Assembly (NCBI GenBank): GCA_012295275.1
Contig: CM022666.1
Span: forward strand, 10,168,001-10,232,000
Direction of reading: 5' to 3'
Length of the DNA: 64,000 nt
Source: Chrysomallon squamiferum
Taxonomy: Eukaryota; Animalia; Mollusca
Position numbers and translations under genes: made by a program. The notes below the pieces were generated by a model. That model made no database searches. It was not told the DNA's origin and saw only the letters and a program-made list of their open reading frames with translations. Within the stretch, counting starts at the first letter, position 1, and each line of letters starts with the position of its first letter. Of this stretch, positions 25,370 through 35,646 are shown in pieces.

Positions 25370-26402
25370 TGATGTTGCACCGTAGCCGCTGTCATATTTT
25401 TTAATGAAACTGTATTTATACTGAGTGAGCCGTATGATGTTTTATGCTTCGTTTTGTACATATTTATGTCTAGATTTCGTTTAACAACATGAGCTTTTGA
25501 AATTCTTTATTTTCGTTGTATTTTATACCTAGGATTTTTATAGTATAAGAGAACAGCGTCACCCACTTCATAAATAGGGGTAAAGATTTTAAATTCTGTT
25601 CATTGCTTTCGAGGGTTGCCGTATAGGCCTTAGCTCTTTATTTTATAAAATGATGTAACCATTCGACATCAGATCGAATCAATTTTATTGCGAAGTGTTC
25701 TGTGGCATCTTTTTATCTTTCGTTGTGCCTTTGGATGGTATGGTCTTCTTACTACATCTTTTATTCCTATTGTCCTTAGAAATCGTTTTATTGCCCCTCG
25801 GAATTCACAGTCATTGTCATGTTGGACAATTACTGACAGTCCGAACCACTGAAAAATATTTTGCAGTTCATGTTTCACAGAAGCACTTCTTTTGTCAGAT
25901 AATGGTCGAAGATGTATATCTCGTAAAAATGTCCATTACCTTTAGTATATACGTATATATGTTGCATACTGTCTTTAGTCATGTCTATTAAATCGATTTG
26001 TAGATGACCATACACACGTTTACATTTCCCTGAACGAATGAGTGCTGCGTTGGAAAAGCGAGCTTTTAATATTTGATTTATACGATTTGTTTCCCGTATG
26101 TTCGTTTCCCCTAAGCCACCATTTTTTTTTTTTTTTTCTAAATTTATGATGTAAACTTCTGATTCCACTTCCTTTGCTTTGACTAAATTCAGAATTTATG
26201 ATTGATGAGATTTCCGACTGTTAACAACTGGTTTGCCTTTAAACAATAATATAAAACGATTTTTTACCACGACATAATGGATTATAATCTTTATAGCTGT
26301 AGTATTGCCTTAAAACATTTGCCTGTTTGTTCTTTTTTTAACGGGGATATTAAAGTCTTCCCTCGAAATCTGAACAAGAGTGTCATATATATCGTCTTCC
26401 AT
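25370..26402 (-). mobile_element. Degenerate rve-type DDE integrase/transposase (Ginger/KRBA2-like DNA transposon relic)
   Basis: Starts MEDDIYDTL. Frameshifted segments HLQIDLIDM, IFQWFGLSVIVQHDNDCEF and RPYHPKAQRKIKRCHRTLRNKI match the integrase core (D..DNG.EF..RPYHPQSQGKVER). No RT or LTRs adjacent. Confidence 0.7.
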
Positions 26403-26959
26403 TGCAAAAACACTTCTTTTCCCCGCCCTGTCCACATGTTTTTATAGGGTTTTTAATTATAATTAGAACGATATAATTTCTGTTTTTAAATGCATTAATT
26501 ATAGTTTTATTGTGAAACATTTTCCCCTGGCACTGAAAATATCAGCTTCAAGTAATATGAATACGTAAGCTTCCTATAATTATTCAGTAATGTAATATCC
26601 AACATTTATCCAAGAGATTAAGCATCAGTTACTTACAACAACTCATTTCAGTCACACATACACACACACATATATAAATCCAAGACAAAACTCCATTGTA
26701 CAAAAGCTTACTCAATAATAACAATTCTGCACAAAACCCGTTCAGAAACATTTCTGAATGCATTTGAAAAAAATAACTTTTTTGATTAAAATATTGTTCT
26801 GCTAATTGGTTTGGTACTTATCGTTCAACTAATAATACAATGTAAAGATATGTTTAGTAATAAATGGTATGAAGAGCAACAATTATGAAAAACATATAAC
26901 TAAGGTATGGTATATCTAGTAATGTATAATAAATCTTGAAAATGGTTCTCTGGACACTC

Positions 26960-27950
26960 TCATCTGAAAAAGGCATTCAACCTGCCCTTGACTATGTTAC
27001 GTCTTGGACAAAGAAAGAAATCAGCTGATACTCTTTTATCACTCTCCACAAAGCAGGAAGTAAGTAACCTAAAACTAAATGATATACTCTCCAGTACAAG
27101 GACCATTAGACGTGCCTAAGAGTCACTTTTAACATCCAGGTGGAGAAAGCTGAGCCCAAAGCTTGAAGAAAACATGCCAAAATGAAGAAATTAGCTGGCA
27201 TCAAGTGGGGTGCAGATCATAACCTACTGAAAAGAATCTAACAAGGAGCAAACAGACCATATCTTGAGTACGGTTCCAATCACATCAACAAAAGCTAGTC
27301 AGGGTTCAGAACTAAGCACTAAGGATAATAACCTCCATTGAGAAAATGGAAAAGCTAGCTGGTATAGTACCCCTCGACAAACACTGGGAATCCAAGCTAA
27401 TAATACAAGCCAATAAACAACATAATTATTAACTGAGACAGACTCAAAAAACTAGCTTTCAGAACTGAGCAACATATGGTGTACTGCCAGATAAAATCCA
27501 TCAAGTTAACACTGTTAGCTGCATCCCACACTGGGAACAAAAATTGGACAGTGTAAAGATGTGCACAATGTTCCAACACCTGAGCTCTGGAGATGAACAT
27601 AGTATGCCATACAAACAAGCTCTGGCACTAGCCATGAGTGATGAACAGACCTAAAGACATCATGGTCACAGATATATACTGTGATCTGCAACAAAAGCAG
27701 TGGGAAATTGAGGCGCCGGAATATGAATCTTGGACCCTACTAGCTTCCGAGAGGAGTCATATTTTCCTACAGGGAAACACTACACAAACTATGCTGCAGA
27801 GATTAAGGCTCTCATTCATGCTGCCAACATCATCAGCACCAGACACAACCTGTCATCTTCCTCAAATATGGTCTCTCTGCCCTCCATGCTCTTGAAAAAA
27901 AGTAAAATAAAATAGAAAGACTTTCAGAAGCCTTACATCCCATCAGTAGT
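26960..27950 (+). mobile_element. Non-LTR retrotransposon relic with RNase H (I group, Nimb/Ingi-like)
   Basis: Frameshifted MKKLAGIKWGADHNLLKRI..RPYLEYGS, IEKMEKLAGIVPL and the RNase H-like FPTGKHYTNYAAEIKALIHAA. Confidence 0.7.
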
Positions 27951-28050
27951 GTCAACCAAGTCATTTTAAAATAGTAATAATACTACTAATAATAATAATA
28001 AAAATAAATTAATTAATAAAAATTAATTGATTAATAAAAATAATTAATTA

Positions 28051-28115
<65 letters not shown>

Positions 28116-28970
28116 AGTAATAATAATAAATCATGATCTGTTATATTCTAAGGTATGTTGAATATATGCATCAACCAACACCTGCTAACAAATATAACAG
28201 CAGCTACTAAAAATTACATTTTTAATAATAGCTTTCATTTTGTTAGTCTTGAAAGTGTATTGCAGAACCCTTAAGTCATACTTAATTAAAATATATTCAT
28301 AATATTGCAATAAATAAAAATGCACCTAGGTCTTTACAGTATTTGGTTGTTCCAAAAAATAAAGTCAGCGCCAGCATTATTGTTGTAAAATAATTGCGCA
28401 TTGTTGTTGAATTAATCACTCTAGATCCTAATAATAAATTTAAAGATGATAATAATAAACACAAAAATCAGTGTTTTCCATCATTGCGAATAACAGCCAA
28501 ACAGTCAGAGACACAACCTGCTTTAAATAGTATTGTTCACATGAATATTCATGGGGGATGTATGTATGTTTTTGGTCAGCTATCTGCATATGTTAAATGC
28601 TTGAAATCTTCGCATTTTCATTTGTAATAATAATAATAATAATAATCATCACAGTTTGTCCTCCAAAAGATTATGTTGCCCTAATTATTTTTGTGCATGG
28701 AAGAAAGTGTTCCAACAACATGTAAGTCATATTGGAACCAGGATATAAAATGTGGGTGGGAAACCCACAACTGTTGAAAGGAACAATGTACGAGTCTTTG
28801 AATTCTCTGCGGGTAACTATTTTTATTTTCTTTGTAATCTGCCTCTTTCATTTTCTTTGTGGTTCCTTTACATTTGCCATGTAATGCCACATTAAAAAAA
28901 TAATAATAATAAATGAATAATTTTTAAAAAATAGAACATTGAACTTTATCCATAAAATTAATATCTACAC

Positions 28971-29819
28971 TGTTATGTTTTAACATTAAAACATAAAGTT
29001 CATTTCAGTTTCCAAACAATTTATTTCGTTTCTAAAATGGCTATGAACAAAAACTAACACATGTTCCCGGTGACATCATATAATTATATCTCCCTTATTC
29101 CGGTTCCCCCGAAACATCATAAACTGTAATAATGTTAACCACAACACCATTTAGATACACTTCCTCCCCTAAAAATTTTCAATTTACACATAAATTAGGT
29201 TATATCTAAAATTTTAAAATAAGTTTGTTTAATTTACTAATTAGTAATAATTAACCAACTGAACTTTGAACTTAAAACAAATAAAATAAAATTTTGTTTG
29301 TCCATTGGACACCATAATAGTTCAATTATTACAGTTTATCAAGTATGTCCATTGGTCACATACAGAACTTCAAATAACCAAAACTTATTTCAAAAAAATA
29401 AAATTAAAAAATAACACTAATTCTACAATCTTTCAAAGAATTCCATATTACAAAGATTCACATTAAATCACTTTAAATAATTTCTATCTGTCTTTGAGTT
29501 GTTTTTCGAGCACATCTAGGATATCTCGGGATGACCGTATTGGTAGTTGCAGTACATCATCAACATTATTGTCGATGGCATTAGAAGCATCCTCAACAGC
29601 ATTAGAGATAACCGTTCTGTTTTTCATCTCAGTGTCTTCCACTTTAACGGTTGGTTCAACAAATTCCATTTCAGACTCAGTACCAACTGCTGACAGTTCT
29701 GTGGAAGTGTTCCTATTATCCTCCAAATAGGCACATTTATGAGGTTGATCCATGTGTCTTTTACACACAAAATCTCCAACTTTCACTCTGGGTCATTCCA
29801 CGTCAAATCACCCCCCCAC

Positions 29820-29856
<37 letters not shown>

Positions 29857-31689
29857 AAACACAACCATCTCCAATTTTTATGAAACTTTATACTTGTTTA
29901 CTGGGATCCCACAGCATCAAATCTGAAATTGCAGACCAATCGGACCAGTGGTGTGGGTGATATGGCCTCCCAAATTTTGAAATTTTTGCCAAAAATGGGT
30001 GTGACCACCAACCTTTCAACCCTCATATCTTAGGAACTACTGGGCAAATCTTCATCAAATTGTATTGTTGAAAAGCAATATGACAAAGATTCCAAATCTG
30101 CCATTATTGTTCAGTTTGGAAAAATGTTGGGTACACTGGTGACTGTGTGATCTTTGTTATGACCTTGAAACTGACCATGAGATGATCTTTATTGAAATTT
30201 AATCTCCCACATGTTAATTAAAACATATAAAAGTTTCCTGGGTGTAATATTTTTTGTTTAGCCATAATATAGATTTAAAAAATGCATGTCCATGAAAATA
30301 CCTTTTCTGCCATTAACATCTGATTAGCTAACACCTGAATGATCAATTCCTGATGCTAGGAATCACCATCTCTTTTGATCACCAAGTAAGACATTATAGG
30401 CCTACATGTATGATCATATGATATCAAACTACTTACTTCCCTCATTATCTTCTCACCAGTTCAGCAGTCACAGAATCATTCAGTAATCCACTTCCCCCAT
30501 AGAAGATGCAATAGCAGGTATTCAATGACACAGAAGATGTCCTATTCATTAATCCAACAAGTGTCTTCGTTGTTTGGCCAGTGAAATAACTTAAAAGGTC
30601 CGTGAGGGTGCATGAAACGAATGATGAAGTTGCCATGCTCTTTTGTAACGTCCTCATTTAGCCCAACCCATGCCTCATTGTCATACAGGAAAAAAATGAA
30701 TTTTTAAACCTGTTTCTGATTCAGCATTTTCACTTTCCGAATCACTGGTACCACTTTCTGATTCCGTAAGGTCCCTATCAGAATCTTGATTCACAACATG
30801 GGGTTTAGAATTTTTCTTTTTCAACTTTTTAAATTTCTTTTTTCCTTTTTCCATCTGTTTGCTTTCCTGTGTTTATATTTTTTTCTTTTGATTTCGACAT
30901 TTTCTGCTCAAATGTCCTGTTTCATTACACTTATAACAGTTTGCCTTTTTGTAAAAACATGCATCAGGATGATGATTAGTTTTACCGCACCGGATGCATT
31001 CAATGACAGAAACTGTGGAACTTTTCCGTTTCTGACTTAATTCCAATTTTCAGCATGTCAGTTTTTCTAGCTGCCATATCCATACTAACAGCTATTTGCA
31101 AGATTTTTCTCAGCCAAAAATTCACTTACGGTCTCTCCGCGCTCTTGTTTCCGTTGATAGAATTTAAACCGTTCCGCAATCACCAAAAGTTTTGGTTTGA
31201 GATGATTTCCTATCAAGGTTTTAAGTTGTTCGTAAGTCTTACTTGCCGGTTTTTCAGGCGAAGTCAAATTTCGAATCAGCCTGTAAGTCTTGGCACCACG
31301 TACGGACAACAAAATGGAACGTTTCTTTTCGGTATCGTCTACATCATTCGCCAACAGATACTGTTCCAAACGTTCGATGTATTCATCCCAATCGGAACTT
31401 TCTAGGTCAAACTCTTCAACTTTACCGTAGGTAGCCATATTTCATAAACAGTTAATTTCAGTAAACAGTTCAACAAGTGTTATCCCATCCTCGTTGCCAA
31501 CTGTTATGTTTTAACAATAAAACATAAAGTTTATTTCAGTTTCCAAACAATTTATTTCGTTTCAAAATGGCTACAAACAAAAACTAACGCACGCTTCCGG
31601 TGACGTCATATAAATATCTCCCTTATTCCGGTTCCCCTAAACATCGTAAACTGTAACAATGTTAACCATAACACCATTTAAATACAACA
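28971..31689 (-). mobile_element. Second, older copy of the same Gypsy LTR family (inverted), internally deleted and interrupted by a Sola2 fragment
   Basis: LTRs at 31502-31689 and 28971-29159. 5-bp TSD TACAC at 28966-28970 and 31690-31694. PBS TGGCAACGAGGATGGGAT. Gag MATYGKVEEFDLESSDW at 31438 is nearly identical to copy 1. Pol C-terminal tail (VKVGDFVCKRHMDQ..RSSR) at 29484-29786. Confidence 0.9.
29790..30688 (-). mobile_element. Sola2-like DNA transposon terminal fragment nested in the LTR element
   Basis: Begins GGGTCATTCC and is colinear with 62525-63450 (e.g. GGGTGTGACCACCAACCTTT, GATTCCAAATCTGCCATTATTGTTCAGTTTG, CAATTCCTGATGCTAGGAATCACCATCTC). Confidence 0.75.
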
Positions 31690-32493
31690 TACACAAGCTC
31701 CATTGAAGTACCAGTCATAAAATTTGGACTTTTCACGCGCCATCGCTTATTTCGTACTGAAGATAGTGCTTTTAGTTATACTGACAAGAGAAAGCAGTAG
31801 AACCATAAAGTCAAATTAAACATCGGGTCATAGTGGGGGAAAACGCCTCGCTTGGACATGTCATAAGCAGATTAAAATAAAATATATTTAATTATAGCAA
31901 CGTCAGTTATAAAGCCAGAGTCGTCAAGTTACAATCCATCCAATCTAACAACAGACATATAATTAATTAAAATACCTACATTCATTAATACGTAACGATA
32001 TGAGCCGAGTGCTATAAAATAACGCACAGACCAGTGTCCAGATACAACGCACTTGGCTGACCAGTAATAAACACTTCGGAACTCGGCTCATCTCTCTTTC
32101 ACTTTTTTATTTAGGTAAGTACCTTTAAACTATGTTTGTTATAAAATGCTATTTATTACATGTTGGCGCACCAGGAACACGCGCAATATGTACTTTATTG
32201 ATCTTATATTACAAATCGTTAGTAACTACATGTACAATAGTAAACGCAATATGCATTGAAACAATATATACACAATTTAACTAATGCCGTTGTTTACTGA
32301 TATCTGTGTATACATCCATTATGCATAATTAATATATATATATATATATGTAAGTATGAATCGATTTCATGTACACATCTTATATTGTTGCAAGATGTAT
32401 ATATATGTATTCTATGTAAAATACAGTGCACTTGGCTGACCAGCAATAAACACTTCGGAACTCGGCTCATCTCTCTTTCATTTTTATATTTAG

Positions 32494-32582
32494 AACAGAG
32501 GCGATGCCCTAGATATTGGACACGCTTGGGAAAAACCTGTTACGGTCTGACGCGTCTGAGAGTGACTTGGCCAGAAGCTGTG
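32494..32582 (+). pseudogene. Orphan C-type lectin (perlucin-like) N-terminal exon
   Basis: AG..GT-bounded segment encoding (E)QRRCPRYWTRLGKTCYGLTRLRVTWPEAV, the CPxxW..CY..TWxEA signature of long-form CTLDs. TATA-like TATAAAA at 32013. No downstream CTLD exons are visible. Confidence 0.65.
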
Positions 32583-32649
32583 GTAAATTTAAAAATCACA
32601 TATCTTTGTGTGTCTGTTTGTCTTGTCTCTTTCGTTTTTGTATTTAGAC

Positions 32650-34900
32650 TGGACCCCATTGCTCCCAGACTGCATTCCCCAAAATAATAATCACGGTTAT
32701 AAGTGGTGGAGATGCAGGGCAATCATTAAGATTTATATTAATCCAAGCATAATGGAGATATGGTAGTCAGTAAGATTTGTTATTAAAAATGTGGCGTAAA
32801 GGGCGCATGGTAGTGAAAGGAAGGTAATTCTATAGTTTTGTCGTTGAACCGGTTTCACCGCAAGAACTGGAGTCGAGAATATCACCATTAGCCAAACGAG
32901 CAGTATCCCCCAGATAGAACCTATGACAAAATGAAACCAAAGGGATACATCAGTAGGTGATCCGGAATTGAAATATGCTGTGGCCATCAACAATCTTAAT
33001 ATATTAACAGAAGTAATATATTCTGTAACTTCTATGATTGAACACCCATAAGTACTCCCATTAAGTCCCATGCCTGTCAAGGCTCTAACAGGAAAACTGG
33101 CTTTTGACCTAACTATGGAAAATATTTACGACCCCTTTTTCGTCTGCGTCCAGACTGTGTCTTGCGGATATGAAAGTCTTTACAAACAGAAATGAGACCA
33201 TCGTAAATGTAAAGCTGACGAGCCGCTAAGTCAATGGTAGCACTGTTGTGTGTAAGGAAGGCCATGCCAAGAATGAGGAAGTGATGAAGAGAAGAAAAGA
33301 CATGAAAGGTTTGTGAAATAGAAATGTTGCCCATCCGAATTTTAAGAGATAATGACCCTAAGACTGGATGTTTTTCTCCCCCTACTCCTATGATGACAGG
33401 GATGTCAGACTTGGACATTAAGGGCTGTACTTGTAATTTGTGCATGAACTGTTCGCTAATACAGCTAATGGATACACCTGTGACTACAAGAGCGGTCGTT
33501 TTAACCTGACCCAACATAACTTGAACTGTGTTTTTTGTTAAGGCAGCTACAAGTGAAACGAATTCTGGTTTGTGCCTGATATCAAATTTTCTCTGTCTAT
33601 CAGGAGCGAATTCCTATCTGGTTTGGCTATTGTAGCGTTTAATGCATACTGATTCATGGTGACCTCTATATGAACAAAATGTACAAATTGTGTTGGCATG
33701 TGGACAAACAAATCCATTAGGGCAGTACTCACCACATCCTTTACAGCGCTGTCGTAGTTGGGGTGGTAGAGGGTGCTAATACTGTCTGGTTGGTCGCTGC
33801 CGTGGAGCCGACATCTGTCTGTTCTGGTGGGCTTGATGGTATTGTGGCTGGAATCTTGGTTGGTTTGCTGGTTGAAATACTGCTTGGTATGCAGGCTCCT
33901 GATTCTGTTTGTGGTAAGGTTTGTTCTTTGTGGTTGGAAATTGTGGCCCGAAACATCTTTGGCTAGATGCCTGAGGTGGTGACATTTCCTGTTGCGGTAT
34001 GGCCTCGTGCTGTAGTCGGTTGACCTCATTACCTTTGTTAGTTAGTAAGTCTTCCACCAGTGTCGACAGGTGGCCCACATTTTCTTCCAATTTAGTCCCA
34101 TTGGGCAGCTGCATCATTATAGTGGATTGGTTAGCTACATGCAAAAAGTCTAACCTATTCAAGCGTTGTCGGTTCTTTATTGTGGACCCAATGTCGAAGA
34201 GTCTCCTGAAGGCCGTTTACAGCTATTGCTACTACAACCTCTTTTTGTAGGTTTTTATGTTATGTAGCTGTTTGGACTCGTGTTATGTAGTCCTCCACGG
34301 CCTCAGTTGTTTTCTGTGGCATGGAAAGAAGTGTCATCTGGAAAGCCGAATTTTGTTTGAACCGGTTCTCAAAGGCTTGTTTCTGGTATGGTAGGCTTTT
34401 CTTTGTTTCTTCTGTTAAGTCCTGATGCCACATCTTGGCTGTTCCCTTTAAACAGAATGGCAGCAACAGACACGCTCATTCATTTGAGTAACCGTTTAAA
34501 GCAATTAGTCCTGTGAAATCATTCCACCAAGTCGACATATTCTGGCTGCCACAAAATTTGTTCAGTGTTACATGGGCCATTATGGGAGTAGCCGTTTGTG
34601 CCGTTGGTACTGGTAGGGAATTAATAGCTGAATCTCTAGTTGTTGACATAGAAGAAGATGGCGTGACCTGAGTAGTAGTTGTAACTGCTGTTGGTGGCTG
34701 TATGAATATTGCTGGATATAACGCCGGTATTGGCGTTGGTGTTGTCGGTGGGTCTATTTGGAAACCTCGAAGCCTCTCTCTGTTGTTTATTGGACTGATG
34801 GGAAGTAATCGTCTCAAGAAGGGTACAGATCAAAGAGATCTCGTTGAAAACGCATGCCCACTACTTATAACCTACTCGCGGGCGTTCACTAAACACCTCT
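32650..34900 (-). mobile_element. Degenerate Ty3/Gypsy retrotransposon internal region (gag, protease, pol C-terminus; RT/RH/IN deleted)
   Basis: Gag-like TLNKFCGSQNMSTWW..LPFCLKGTAKMWHQDL..AFENRF..QKTTEAVEDYITRV and protease-like TTALVVTGVSISCIS..LILGMAFLTHNSATIDL, fused to FHIRKTQSGRRRKR. Multiple stops and frameshifts. LTRs not identified. Confidence 0.75.
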
Positions 34901-35646
34901 GCAGACAGCCTCTCTGAATTTACTTTGCAACTTTAATGGCCACTTTGAGTTTGTTAATCCCAGTGTTTCTTAGTTTATAAAATAACTGAAATTCCCCTAA
35001 TTATATAATACAGCTTCTAAAAGACGTCTGCATGCGCTCTTCCATTTAGTTTTTGTCTATTTACCCCCATTTTCTGACATTAATTTGGTAAACATTTATA
35101 AACTGTAAAAATGTAAATTATAAACATGATTATAAATAAAAATATCCATAATATACATCTATGCTGAAGATAAAATGTAGCACACATTCTGCTTTAAATG
35201 GGCATATAAAAATAAGCGTTTTGTGAATATTATATAATTCACTACATAGAAAACACAGTTACGATCAAAAATAAGTCTGGCAAAGAGGCACAAATGAGGT
35301 TCCGTCACAGGTCATGAAGTGAATGCGTCAGCCGGGAATTTGGTGCCAAGCAGTCGGCTGTTCTTCTGTAGACGCGGCTCGGGTAGGCCCACTTTTAAAG
35401 ATCATTTCTTGGAAATATTTAAAGATTCTCCAACGGGCTACCATTATACTGACGCGGAATGTCGGACAGCAAATCAGATTGTACGTGTTGTACTGCTGGC
35501 CCTTAATTCCTAACTGTTGGTGCACTCATTGTTGTTGAAGGAAAACTAATACAGACAAAAGTTGAGTTTGTAACGCTAAAATCCGGTATCGCCATTAACA
35601 ATAATAATGAAATGAATAACATTGCCTGACCTTTTAAGATATAGAT

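Noticed and set aside
28681-28890. 69-aa minus-strand ORF next to the LTR
   Set aside because: Non-ATG start, no recognisable motif and no clear splice context.
34900-35646. RNASEK upstream of BAP18, as in the vertebrate RNASEK-C17orf49 arrangement
   Set aside because: No RNASEK-like peptide (CCGPK..SAWG) was found in any frame upstream.
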